Both the position numbers and the translations under genes were made by a program. From contig CAWDXG010000004.1 of NCBI GenBank assembly GCA_963806225.1, forward strand, positions 5,120,001 to 5,184,000: a stretch of 64,000 bases of DNA. The letters run 5' to 3'. How positions within the stretch are numbered: position 1 is the stretch's first letter; every line of letters starts with the position of its first letter. The notes beneath the pieces are model-generated. The model worked only from the letters and a program-made list of their open reading frames with translations, had not been told where the DNA came from and ran no database searches. The DNA is from an uncultured delta proteobacterium (lineage in GTDB: Bacteria > Myxococcota_A > Polyangia > Polyangiales > Polyangiaceae). Below, one piece after another: positions 8,585 to 18,591 of the stretch.

Positions 8585-10627
8585 TTAGTCGCCAACAGGC
8601 GTGGGCGCCCGGGGGCCCGGGGCGTGGGGGGGGCTGGCAGGCGCAGGCCGGAGCAGGACATCATCCAGCACGCCCGGCCCAGCCAGTCCCAGCGTCAGCC
8701 GCGAGGCGCCCGCGGGGAGCTCCACCCGTTCGGGCGGCATCAGCCAGCAGCCGTCCCGCTCCACCCCGCCCGTCCGGGTCCAGTGCCGGGAGCCGATCCC
8801 GGCACTGGCCGACAGGCGCGTGCTCTCGCGACTGTAGAAGCTGGCGCCAAGCTCGTAGGGCCCCGCGCGCGGCGCGTCGATTTCCAGCGTCACGCGCACC
8901 CGCCCGGAGGTCGGCAGCAACGCCAGACCGTGCGCGCCAGCGGTGCAGCTTCCCGACGGAAAATCCGGGTGCGCCCAGCCGCCGCTGACAGCCAGCGGCG
9001 GCCACTCGGCCGCCGCTTCGAAGCGTAGCGTTGCCGGAACGTGCAGAGGCTGGGGCGTGACCCGGGGCACGGCGCGGGCAGCGGACGGGTCGTAGCGATA
9101 GCGATACGCCGGGGGCCTGCCCAGCGCATTCCAGAGCAGGGCGTCGTGCGCGTCTCCTCGCCAGCGCGCGACCACGATGCCGTGCCTGGCGTCGAACGCG
9201 CCGGGGACAAAGCCGAGGTTGAAGCCGTGATCGGTGTCCACGAACACGAGCCCGTGGTGGATGCCGGAATGCGCCAGCACCGACGCCTCGAACATGGGGC
9301 GACCGCCCTCGCGTTCCGAGAGGGCACGGTGCGCGTAGCTGGCGTGGAAGGCGAAGCCCGCCAGCGAGAGTGGCGCGGCAAAGCGCGCGGCCCGGAGCTC
9401 AGAGAGCGCCCAGGCCAGAAGCACCTGCTCCAGCGGCAGCGCCTCGGCGAACATCCGCGCGCCGCCGCCCGGGTAGCTGCCATCGAAGTAGAACGGGGCG
9501 TAGGCCAGGATCACGCCCAGCGTGCCCAGCGACAGCAGGCGGATCCCGGGACGCCTCCAGCCCGCGATCATCGCGTACGGCACCAGCAGCGCGAGCGGTG
9601 CGAGATTGGCGATGTCGAGCGTGTGCCAGGCGAGCCGGCGTCCGGTCGTGCCGAGCGCAGCGGCCAGACCGTAGCCGTGCGCGAGATGGGCCCGCACGAA
9701 GTCGGCGTGCTCGTAGCGACAGCCGATGCCGTGTCCGAACCCGTAGCGGAAACAGCCAGGGGGTCCGTCGGCGAGTGCGTAGTAGCGGAGCTGGCTCGAC
9801 GAAAACCACGTGCCCGTCGCCGCGTGCTGGTGCACGAAGAGGAGTGCGAGCCCCGGCAACAGGGCGAACGGGAACAGCCAGCGCTCGCGACCGGCGCGGA
9901 GCAGCAGCGCGGCGGCCAGTGCTAGTCCGAGCGCACCCGTGACAGGGCGCGTCGCGACGAGCCAGCCGCACGCGAGCCCGGCGAGCAGCACGGGCCAGCG
10001 CCCGCCGCGTGCCGCCGCGGCGAGGGTCACGGCGAGGAGCAGCGCGGCCCAGCCGTGCGACATGGTGTCGGCGGTGTGGTAGCGGAGCGCGGCGCACAGC
10101 ACCGACAGGAGCGCGGCGCACAGGGCCACGTCGCGCCGTCCGGTGAGCTGGCGGGCGAGCGCATACGTAGCGGCGACGAGCAGCGCGGCGATGATCGGTC
10201 CCACCGCCATCGGCGCCCGCAACAGGAAGCCGAGCGCCAGCAGCGCCGGATAGCCAGGTGGGAAGATCACCGCGATCGCTGTCGAGCCCGGGGGCGTGAC
10301 CAGGAAGCGGCCGCGGAACGACCCGGACGGATGCGGCACCGGCATCACGAGCTGTCCGAGCGACAGCCCCCGCGCCTCGAGCCAATAGCTGGTGGCGTCG
10401 ACAATGCGCGGACCGCCGCGCAGGTAATAGACGACGTAGCCGGCCGACAGGAGCAGCGCGGCCGTGGCGAGCCCGAGCACCAGCCAACGTTCCTCTACCC
10501 GTTCGAGCGCGCCGGCCATGCGACGCGGAAAGGCGATCCCCAGCAGGAGCACGCAGGCCGCCACGACCAGCGCGGCCCACGCGACCGCGTCCGGCGGGGC
10601 GCCGATATGACCGATCGGCGTGTCCAC
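8585..10627 (-). CDS. polytopic membrane protein, GT-C glycosyltransferase-like
   Basis: Many TM segments; DATSY after the first TM, FPPGYP, TMSH, ATRP; C-terminal soluble beta-rich domain. Confidence 0.6.
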   Translation of the reverse strand: MDTPIGHIGAPPDAVAWAALVVAACVLLLGIAFPRRMAGALERVEERWLVLGLATAALLLSAGYVVYYLRGGPRIVDATSYWLEARGLSLGQLVMPVPHPSGSFRGRFLVTPPGSTAIAVIFPPGYPALLALGFLLRAPMAVGPIIAALLVAATYALARQLTGRRDVALCAALLSVLCAALRYHTADTMSHGWAALLLAVTLAAAARGGRWPVLLAGLACGWLVATRPVTGALGLALAAALLLRAGRERWLFPFALLPGLALLFVHQHAATGTWFSSSQLRYYALADGPPGCFRYGFGHGIGCRYEHADFVRAHLAHGYGLAAALGTTGRRLAWHTLDIANLAPLALLVPYAMIAGWRRPGIRLLSLGTLGVILAYAPFYFDGSYPGGGARMFAEALPLEQVLLAWALSELRAARFAAPLSLAGFAFHASYAHRALSEREGGRPMFEASVLAHSGIHHGLVFVDTDHGFNLGFVPGAFDARHGIVVARWRGDAHDALLWNALGRPPAYRYRYDPSAARAVPRVTPQPLHVPATLRFEAAAEWPPLAVSGGWAHPDFPSGSCTAGAHGLALLPTSGRVRVTLEIDAPRAGPYELGASFYSRESTRLSASAGIGSRHWTRTGGVERDGCWLMPPERVELPAGASRLTLGLAGPGVLDDVLLRPAPASPPHAPGPRAPTPVGD

Positions 10628-10630
10628 GGG

Positions 10631-12817
10631 CTAGCGCTTCTGCACGGCCCACAGATGATACAGGATGTACTCGCCCTGTACTGGCACCAGGTGCACCTGG
10701 AGTGTTCGCTGTACGCGATCCGCGGGGACCGTGATTTTTGGCTGCTGCCAGGCGTCTTGCGGCAAGAGATGGACGACGGCCACGCGCTTTCCGTCGACCA
10801 CGACAGCGAACGCGGCTGGCTCGGCCGGCGCCACGCGGAACAGGAGAACGAGCTCGTGGCCCGGCGCGAGCCCGCGCAGCGCGAAGCTCTGCGCGACGGC
10901 GCCGACCGTGCGCCCCGCGTCCCACAGCGGCTTCGACGGCTTCTCCGGGTCGGGCAGGATCTTCATGTGGATGAAGCCCACGTTCTTCTTCGACAGCGCG
11001 TAGCCATGCTGCTTTTCACTGATGATGTCCGCCACGTCGAGCTCGTCGACGACGTGTTCGCCGGGCGTCAGCCGTGAAGGCGTTGCGCTGCCCCGGAGCG
11101 GACTCCAGTCGGGCCGGTAGATCACCTGCGCCGGGCCTCCGCAGATGACGTTGCCGCGTACCGGCACCTCGCCGATGCGATCGCCGAACCACAGCACGAA
11201 GTTGCCCCACCACGACGGATACGTCGCGATCACGTCGGGGCGCTCTTTCGCCGGCATGTGCTCGATGAGCTCGACGGCGGCACCGACGCCTTCCCGCGTT
11301 GCGCGGGCGAACGGCAGCTTGTGGTAGCCGCCGAGTCCGATCAGGTCCAGGGCGGGCAGATCGGCAGCGTAGGGGATGGCGCCGGCGTCGCTCACCAGCA
11401 CGCGATGCGGCGTGGGTTGGATGTGATCAAGCACGAGGCCGGTGCGGATGTGCTGCTCCAGGATGTTGCGCGAGGCGCGTCCGAAGAACCACACCTGATC
11501 GCGGAAGCGCTTCTTCTGGTGGTAGACGAAGAGCGACACTGCGATGAGCGCGGTCGCGATGCTGATGCCGCGCAGCATGCGCCCGCGCCTGCCCAGCGCC
11601 CACTTGTGCGACAGCAGCACGCCGACGCCGAGGCCCGCTGCGAGCAGCAGCCAGGCCACTGCGGGCATCGTGTAGCGCTCGTTCTGCCAGCGCACCTGGC
11701 CGTTCAGCGCGACGAGGAGCACCCACAGCGCTGCGCTCGACCAGAGCACGATCGCGTAGCGGCGCGTTCTGCGCGGGAACAACGCTACCAGTGCGAGCGC
11801 CCAGGCGATCCACCCGTAGCCCGCCGCGTCACTGAAGTGGTAGTTCGTCGCGCGCAGGACCTGGTATCCGGCGTGGAACTTCCATGCGTCCCAGACCTGG
11901 TGCGCGGTCATGTACGGGTGGTTCATCTCGAGCTTCACGAGCGAACCCGCCGCGGAGGCATCTCCCGTAAGGAGCTTGTTGGCGACGGCCTGGGCCAGGA
12001 GCACCAGCACGCCGGGCAGCGCCGAGGCGAGCAGTACGCGGAACGCGGCGCTACGACCCTGGCGCCGGAAGATCGTGATCGCCGCGCCCAGCGACAGCAC
12101 GGCGACGGCAACCGCGCCTTCCGGGCGCGTTGCCACGAGCGCCGCTCCCCACAGGCCCAGGAGCAGTCCGCCGATCCACACGCTTCGGCCGGGCTCCGCG
12201 CTCCGGGGAGCGACGATGTCGTCCCACGCGATGAGCGCGCCGCCCCAGATTGCGAGGAACAGCGCCACCTCCATTCCGCTGAAGAGGGTCCAGTCGAGCG
12301 CTCCGACGCAGAGCAGGGCGGGCGGCGCGAGGTAGCTCGTCCAGCGCGGCAGCCCGGCAAACATGCGGCGGCAGGCCAGGAGCAGCGCGAACACGCACAC
12401 GCACGCCACGATGCCCGCCCACATCATCAGCAGAAGCTGGCGGAAACCCACCCAGTAGCCGAACGCGAGGACCAGCGGATACAAGAGGCTGGTGCCTCCG
12501 CTCGAGTAGCCGTTGCCCGCGGACCACTGGAACGGAAAGCCGCGCGCGGCGGCGCGAGCGAAATCGAAATGGATGAAGACGTCGTCCAGCGGCGCCGACC
12601 ACGGTCCGGCGTGCCCGATCTGCGCGGCAAAGTGACGCGTTCCCACTTCGGCGTAGTGGGTCTGCAGCCGCATGTAGGAGTAGAAGCAGAGCGCGACGGC
12701 CAGCGTGCACGCGGCGGCGAACAGCGCATACAGCAGGGGCTCGGCGCGGAAACCGCGCCTCCGGGAAGCCGTCGGCGAGATGCCGGGCCCGCGGCGCCAT
12801 CCATCGCCGGTCGCCAT
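10631..12817 (-). CDS. polytopic membrane protein, GT-C glycosyltransferase-like
   Basis: LDDVFIHFDFAR, GGTSLLYP, SGME, TRPEG, ERY, DAGAIPY, DLIGL motifs; start uncertain. Confidence 0.62.
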   Translation of the reverse strand: MATGDGWRRGPGISPTASRRRGFRAEPLLYALFAAACTLAVALCFYSYMRLQTHYAEVGTRHFAAQIGHAGPWSAPLDDVFIHFDFARAAARGFPFQWSAGNGYSSGGTSLLYPLVLAFGYWVGFRQLLLMMWAGIVACVCVFALLLACRRMFAGLPRWTSYLAPPALLCVGALDWTLFSGMEVALFLAIWGGALIAWDDIVAPRSAEPGRSVWIGGLLLGLWGAALVATRPEGAVAVAVLSLGAAITIFRRQGRSAAFRVLLASALPGVLVLLAQAVANKLLTGDASAAGSLVKLEMNHPYMTAHQVWDAWKFHAGYQVLRATNYHFSDAAGYGWIAWALALVALFPRRTRRYAIVLWSSAALWVLLVALNGQVRWQNERYTMPAVAWLLLAAGLGVGVLLSHKWALGRRGRMLRGISIATALIAVSLFVYHQKKRFRDQVWFFGRASRNILEQHIRTGLVLDHIQPTPHRVLVSDAGAIPYAADLPALDLIGLGGYHKLPFARATREGVGAAVELIEHMPAKERPDVIATYPSWWGNFVLWFGDRIGEVPVRGNVICGGPAQVIYRPDWSPLRGSATPSRLTPGEHVVDELDVADIISEKQHGYALSKKNVGFIHMKILPDPEKPSKPLWDAGRTVGAVAQSFALRGLAPGHELVLLFRVAPAEPAAFAVVVDGKRVAVVHLLPQDAWQQPKITVPADRVQRTLQVHLVPVQGEYILYHLWAVQKR

Positions 12818-13016
12818 GACCGGCGGCGATCTAGCACGGCTTGACCTGCGGCGGATGCCGCTTTCCGACGAGGCACTGGCCGGAGCCCGGCCGTGACAGG
12901 CGATCAGGGCGGATGCCACGCTGGTGTCGTTCCGGTGAAGTCCGGATTTGCCGCTTGCCGAGCCGCCTGGGAGGCGCTCTACTAGCGGTCCGCTTTTAGC
13001 GAGCCCCCGAGAAGGA

Positions 13017-14700
13017 ATGCGCTGGTTTGTAGAAGTGTCTCGCATCGGCGAGAGCGCCGAGGCACAGCGGTACTGCGTCGAGGCCAAGCAGTGGCAGGCC
13101 GCCCTCCAGGAGGCGCGCAAGCTGCGGGGCGATGCCGGTCCGCTGTCCAAGTTCTCGATCGAGCTGATGGACGACGGCTACCGCGCCGTCGATCCGAAGC
13201 TGAAGATCCGCTACGTCGTCAACAAGGCGCCGGCCGGCGCCCAGCTGACCGGCGAACACGGCGCCACGCCTCCGGCGACCAGCGCGCCTCCAGCGACCAG
13301 CGCGGCTCCGGCGACGACGCGGGGCAGCCTTGCGCCCGCGACGGAACGGATGAGCGGACCGCCCGCGAGCGTGCCGGCCCGCAAGCCGTCGCGCCCCGCC
13401 ATCAAGGTTCCGCACGACGAGGTGCCCCCCGCCCCGCCGCCGCCCGTCTCGAGCACGACGGCCGGGCCGCGCATGTCGGCGCATCCCACACAGCGCAGCT
13501 TCCAGGCTCCGAAGGCCCCGGCGTTCCGGCTCCTGCGCCAGCGCGAGGAAGAGCCGACGGAAAAGACACCCATCGCGTATCGCGAGTACGCCTACGCAGT
13601 GGAGGAGGGCACCGACGTCCGCGAGGCGGAGGTACTTCTGTGGTCGCGCTTCCGCGAGGTGCGTCAGGCGCTGGAAGGGCGTGCCGCTGGGCAGTTCGTG
13701 CAGCTCGCAGTCTTCGACCACGCGTTCGAGCGCCGCCCGAAGCGTCCGCCGCTGGCCACGATGGCGTGGAAGGACTGGCGCGGCAATCCGGTGGTGCAGT
13801 TCCCTGGCAGCTCGGCGACGCCGTCGGCTCCTCCGCCGGGTGCGCTCCCGGAGCCGGCTGCACCGGAGGCTCCAGCTGCGCCCGCCGCGCCGCCCGCGAA
13901 AGCGCCGGCCGAGTCCGCAGCTCCGCCTTCCGCAACGGCTCCGGCCCAGCCTGCGTCCGCGGCGCCCGCCGCTCCTGCGTCCGCGGCGCCCGCCGCTCCT
14001 GCGTCCGCGGCGCCCGCCGCGGAGCAGCCCGCGCCGGCCAAGCCCGCCGCGGCGCCAGCCAAGTCCGCCGCGGCGCCCGCCAAGCCCGCCGCGCCGGCCA
14101 AGCCCGTCGCGCCGCCGGCCAAGCCCGCGCCGGCGCCTGAAACCAAGCCGCCCGCCCGGCGTCACAAGGCCGGCGAGGATTCTGATCGGCGAGCTCTTCG
14201 AGACGATGCACGAGCTGCACTTCATGCCGGATCTGGTTGCCGGCTCGGAGTTCGTGCTCGGCGTAGTCGAGAAGACCCTGCCGTGCGAAGCGATTCTGGT
14301 GCACGTCTTCGACATCAACGCGCAGCACTACGTCGTGGTTCGCGCTAGCGCGCCTGGTGCGGCCAAGGTGATCATGCACCGCGTGCCGGACGGCGATGCG
14401 CTGTTCGAGCCCGTGATGCGGCGCATGCGCTCGCTCAGGATCGACGACGCAGCGAACGACGCCCGTCTCCAGGGGGAGCGCTGGAAGCTCGCTGGGGTCG
14501 AGGTCAAGAGCGCTATCTGCGGCCCGGTGCAGCTGGCGGGTCGCTATCTCGGCATGCTGGAGCTGGTCAACCCGCAGGGCGGCGGTGCGTTCTACGAGAG
14601 CGAAGCCAACGCGCTCGACTACATCTGCGAGCAGTTCGCCGAGTTCCTCGCCGCCCACCCGATCGTTCTCGACGCCGAGCTCATTCTCGCGAAGCCGTGA
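13017..14700 (+). CDS. multidomain protein with Pro/Ala linkers and C-terminal GAF domain (frameshift at about 14180)
   Basis: ORF 13017 (MRWFVEV...) continues after GAG GAT T CTG ATC in the +1 frame as LIGELFETMHEL...SAICGPV...LGMLELVN...F...EANALDYICEQ (GAF-like). Confidence 0.72.
13950..14021 (+). repeat. 24-bp coding tandem repeat x3 (PASAAPAA)
   Basis: CCTGCGTCCGCGGCGCCCGCCGCT three times (last base differs in copy 3). Confidence 0.85.
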
Positions 14701-14843
14701 GCGGCGCGCGCCGCCGACGCCCGACGCGCGTGGTGATCGAGCATCGCCAGCGATCAGTGGTGCGAAAACACGATCAGCAGTAGCAGCACCAGCGACCCCA
14801 GCGCGCCCATCACGATCGCGAAGCGCTCCGCAGCGCGAGCAGA

Positions 14844-15737
14844 TCATCCTCGGGTCGAAGGTATCACGGCCGCGCGCGTGAAGCGCGCGATGGCGCGCGT
14901 CAGCGGGCTCTCGGGATCCATCAGGTCCGTCACGGCTGTGAAGTGGTTCCGACCCGGTTGCCGGATCATGTCGCAGGCCAGTCCGTGGTCGCGCCAGCTC
15001 CGAAGCATGTCGTCGGTCTGGCGGCGGAACTCCGCGGTCTCGGCTTCCCCGTAGCTCAGAAGCAGCGGTGGCGCCGCGGTCGGCAGCTCCAGCAGCAGCG
15101 GACTCTGGCGCTGGATCTGGGCAGCAGTGAGCTGCAGCGACGGCCCGATGCAAGACAGCGGCAAGGGCCTGAGGTCGTACAGACCGGAGATCGGCACGCC
15201 ACCGGCGATCGGAGCGGGGAGTCCGTAGTCGCCCGCCCAGTCGGTGAGCAGGCACATCAGCGTGAGGTGCGCGCCTGCCGAGTGCCCGCCAACGAAGAGC
15301 CGCGCGGGATCGACGCCGATCCCGGTCGCGTTCCGCGCGGTCCACGCGACGGCGGCCCGTGCTTGTCGCGTGATCTCGTCGATAGTCACCTTCGGGCAGA
15401 GCGAGTGGGTCGGGATTACGACCGTGATCCCGACACGCGACAGCCCGAGCGCGACGAAGTTGAATTCCTTCGCGGTGAGCATGCGAAAGTAGCCGCCGTG
15501 GAAGAACACCAGCGCCGGCGGCATACGCCCGTCTTCCCGTTGGGCCGGGAAGATGTCGAGCGTCTCGTCGCGCGTCGGGCCGTAGGCGACGTCCGCGCTA
15601 TGCGGCAGCTTGGCCCGCGCTTCCGCGCTCTTGTCGAGTAGCAGCTGGACGATCTGCGGGAATTCCGGGACCAGGTTGTCAACGTCGTATTCGGCGTCGA
15701 TCTCCGCCTGGGTCTCGAAGTGGCGGTAGAGCTTCAT
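14844..15737 (-). CDS. alpha/beta hydrolase (arylformamidase/esterase-like)
   Basis: HGGYF oxyanion motif, GHSAG nucleophile elbow, ISGLYDL, NHF. Confidence 0.88.
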   Translation of the reverse strand: MKLYRHFETQAEIDAEYDVDNLVPEFPQIVQLLLDKSAEARAKLPHSADVAYGPTRDETLDIFPAQREDGRMPPALVFFHGGYFRMLTAKEFNFVALGLSRVGITVVIPTHSLCPKVTIDEITRQARAAVAWTARNATGIGVDPARLFVGGHSAGAHLTLMCLLTDWAGDYGLPAPIAGGVPISGLYDLRPLPLSCIGPSLQLTAAQIQRQSPLLLELPTAAPPLLLSYGEAETAEFRRQTDDMLRSWRDHGLACDMIRQPGRNHFTAVTDLMDPESPLTRAIARFTRAAVIPSTRG

Positions 15738-15952
15738 GCCGGAACAGCACGCAAGGACCGGGCCGCGCCCAGCCCTGGAAGGTCACCCCGATCGCGCATC
15801 CGGTGCTCGACGGCCCGCCCGGGCCGGCACCTGTTGCGGCTGCCGCGAACGGCGGTTCGCCTGTCACTGTTGTCACGCCCCTGTACCCCTGCGGACACGC
15901 TCCGTGCTCCCCGTCGAGGGCCAAGTCCTTGGAATCACTCGAATCGCATGCC

Positions 15953-15968
15953 TGGCACGGCGTGTGCT
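15953..15968 (+). promoter_or_regulatory. sigma54 (-24/-12) promoter
   Basis: TGGCACGGCGTGTGCT, i.e. GG-N10-GC with TGGCAC. Confidence 0.65.
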
Positions 15969-15980
15969 GTATCCCCAGAC

Positions 15981-16142
15981 ATGACCCCCACCCCCAACCC
16001 TCGGCGGATCCCGTTGCTGGCGGTGCTGTCCCTCCACGATCTCCGGCGCCTGTTCCGGCAGGCGCGGGTGACCGGCAAGGTCCAGCTGCCTCCGGTTCCG
16101 AGGCGTCAGGTCCCGCCGCCCCGCTCCGCTCGCGCTGCTTGA
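15981..16142 (+). CDS. small basic hypothetical protein (53 aa)
   Basis: ATG 13 nt after the sigma54 motif; MTPTPNPRRIPLLAVLSLHDLRRLFRQARVTGKVQLPP...; fills an otherwise empty gap. Confidence 0.5.
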   Translation: MTPTPNPRRIPLLAVLSLHDLRRLFRQARVTGKVQLPPVPRRQVPPPRSARAA

Positions 16143-16146
16143 GCCG

Positions 16147-17415
16147 CTAGGGCTGCACGCCGATCGCGCCCACGTCGGCTGTCGTACCCGACCCCACGCT
16201 GAAGGCGCCCAGATCGGTGATGCTGCCATCCTTCTCGAAGCGGACCCGCCGCACCGCGGTGTTCTCGGCGACCAGCACGAGCCCAGTGAGCGCGCCGCGA
16301 TCGATCGACACCGCGTACCCCGGCAGCTGCGGCTTCCCACCCTGGTAGGCGAGCTCGCTGCCGAGTGAAAACGGCGCGGCGCCGTTCGACGGGTCGTAGG
16401 CGAGCTTGAAGATCGCGTTGCCGAACCCGCTGACGACCAGCGCGGCGTTGTCGTAGGGGGAGACCGCGAAGTCCAGCGGATCCTCGATCGGTGACAGCAC
16501 CTGCAGCGCGGCCATGGGAGCCAGGCCCACCACGCCGATGCGGTTCGCCGAGCTGGTGATGTCGTTGTCGCCGATCAGCGCGAATTTGGCGTCGTGCGTG
16601 ACCACCGCGCTAGAGACGATGGCTCCGGTGTCGGGGAAGGGGGCGGCGCTGCCGAGAACGCTGGGCGGATCGCCCCAGGAAAGCAGGTGCGCGCCGTTGC
16701 CCTCCGGAACCGATAGCACGTCCTTCGAGGCGAGCAGCGCGCGCGACGGATCGCCGGGAAGGAACGCCAGCCCGGCCGGGAGCTTCGCGGCGGCGACCAG
16801 GTGCGGCGTGCCCGGCGTGCCGTCGCAGCCGAGCGGCACTGCATAGATGCCGCCGCCGTTGTTCCGCCACTCGTCGTCGAGCACGTACGCCACGTCGCCG
16901 CCGGGATCGACGACGACGCTGCCGGCGTAGAAACCGCCGTCGAACGCGGCGTCCACGACCTGCGGCGCGCCGTTCGCGTCGAAGCGGAACACGCCGAGCT
17001 TGCCGTCCTCCTCGGCCACCAGCCCGACCTTGCCGTCGGGCGTGAAGGCGATCTCGCCGAGCGTCGAACGGCCGAGCTGGAAGCTCGTGCCCGGTTGCGA
17101 CAGCTCGCCGCTCGCCGACAGATCGAGCACCTCGTAGGTGTCGGCCTTGTTGCCGCTGGCGTCGAACGGATGGCTCACGACGACCTTGCGCACGGCATCG
17201 GCCGGCCCGGGCGTGCGGTGGCAGCCGCCCGCATCGCCCGCATCCGCCGCGTCGCTCTCTGCGTCGCTGCCCGCGTCCGTCGCGGCTTCCAGCGCTGCGT
17301 CCCCCGAGCCATCCGCCGCGGCGTCGTGCAGAGGTCCGCCCCCGCCGCCGCTGCTGTTGCTACCGCAGCCCGTGGCGAGCGCCATCGCCAGGAATACGAG
17401 CGCTGTCGTCCGCAT
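16147..17415 (-). CDS. lipoprotein, probable beta-propeller
   Basis: Lipobox LATGC, DAA/DAG acidic linker, repeated blade-like motifs (IAFTPDG, VVDPGG, FAVSPYD). Confidence 0.7.
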   Translation of the reverse strand: MRTTALVFLAMALATGCGSNSSGGGGGPLHDAAADGSGDAALEAATDAGSDAESDAADAGDAGGCHRTPGPADAVRKVVVSHPFDASGNKADTYEVLDLSASGELSQPGTSFQLGRSTLGEIAFTPDGKVGLVAEEDGKLGVFRFDANGAPQVVDAAFDGGFYAGSVVVDPGGDVAYVLDDEWRNNGGGIYAVPLGCDGTPGTPHLVAAAKLPAGLAFLPGDPSRALLASKDVLSVPEGNGAHLLSWGDPPSVLGSAAPFPDTGAIVSSAVVTHDAKFALIGDNDITSSANRIGVVGLAPMAALQVLSPIEDPLDFAVSPYDNAALVVSGFGNAIFKLAYDPSNGAAPFSLGSELAYQGGKPQLPGYAVSIDRGALTGLVLVAENTAVRRVRFEKDGSITDLGAFSVGSGTTADVGAIGVQP

Positions 17416-17454
17416 GTCGCCGAAGGTACGAGCGCCGGGTGCGGCCGTCTACGC

Positions 17455-18480
17455 CTATCCGCCGCGGCGCGCCGCGATCCGCTCCCGTGCGATGCGCTCT
17501 GCGATGCGGGACGGCGTAGCACTTTCCGCCGCGGCGCGTTCGAGCACTTCGCGCGCGGTCTCCCCGAGGCGGTCGATGAGGGCCGTGCGGTCCGCGAGGC
17601 CCATCACCGTGCGCCCGATGCCATCGACGACCGCGCCCGCCGACGCGATCTCGTCCGGCACGTGCAGAATCCCACGGCGCCTGAGCTCCTCGGCGGCGCT
17701 CTCCGACGCGAGGATGCCGTTCGCCGCGCCCGCGACGCACCATGCGGAGAGCCGCGTTGCGACGCCGCGGTCGACCACGCCGCCGATCGCGCAAGGGGCG
17801 ATCACGTCGACGTCCGACTGGAGAACCTCGTCGGCAGCCACGATGCTGGCGCCCGTGGCGTCGGCGACGGCGCGCGCCCTTTCCGCGTCGGTGTCGGCCA
17901 CACGCACGCGCGCGCCGCGCGCCGCGAGCTCGCGCGCCGCGGCGCCGCCGATCGCGCCCGCTCCCTGCACCGCGACCGACAGCCCGTCCAGGCTCCGGCC
18001 CCGGAGCGCAGCGGCGGACTCGATGCAGCGACCGAGGCCGCGTGCGACGGCGGCGGCCAGACCGCCCTCGCCGGTGTGGGCGAAGCGCGTGTGCCGGGCC
18101 ATCGCCTCCACGTCCTCGCCGCGCGTACCGAGGTCGCCGGCCGTGCGGAACAAGCCGCCCAGCTCCTCCACGCGCTGCCCCAGGAGCGCGAATGCCCGCT
18201 CCCGATCAAGCCCGGGGTGATCGATCACCACCATCTTGCCGCCGCCGGCGTCCAGACCGGCGAGCGAGCACTTGAGCGTCATCGCGCGGGCCAGGCGCGC
18301 CGCGTCCGCCGCCGCTTCGCCCGCCGACGCATAGTGCCAGGTGCGCACGCCGCCGGCCGCGGGCCCGAGCGTCACGTCGTCGATCACGAGCACGGCGAAG
18401 AGCCCGCTCGGCGTGTCGCGGAACACGAAACAGCGCGCCACGTCCAGGGCATCGAGCGTCTCGGCCAGGGTATCTGCCAC
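17455..18480 (-). CDS. Glu/Leu/Phe/Val dehydrogenase family (leucine dehydrogenase-like)
   Basis: GPAAGGVR, AMTLK, GGGK, VQGAGAIG, APCAIGG, AGAAN; GTG start estimated. Confidence 0.85.
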   Translation of the reverse strand: MADTLAETLDALDVARCFVFRDTPSGLFAVLVIDDVTLGPAAGGVRTWHYASAGEAAADAARLARAMTLKCSLAGLDAGGGKMVVIDHPGLDRERAFALLGQRVEELGGLFRTAGDLGTRGEDVEAMARHTRFAHTGEGGLAAAVARGLGRCIESAAALRGRSLDGLSVAVQGAGAIGGAAARELAARGARVRVADTDAERARAVADATGASIVAADEVLQSDVDVIAPCAIGGVVDRGVATRLSAWCVAGAANGILASESAAEELRRRGILHVPDEIASAGAVVDGIGRTVMGLADRTALIDRLGETAREVLERAAAESATPSRIAERIARERIAARRGG

Positions 18481-18591
18481 GGCTCGCGGATGGTGCGCGC
18501 CCGGCGTCACACTGTCCAGCCGCGCGTTCTCCGGCCCCCCTCTCCGCGCCGGACAAGCACAATCCGGCAATAGCAGCTACTCTCTCGCCCC

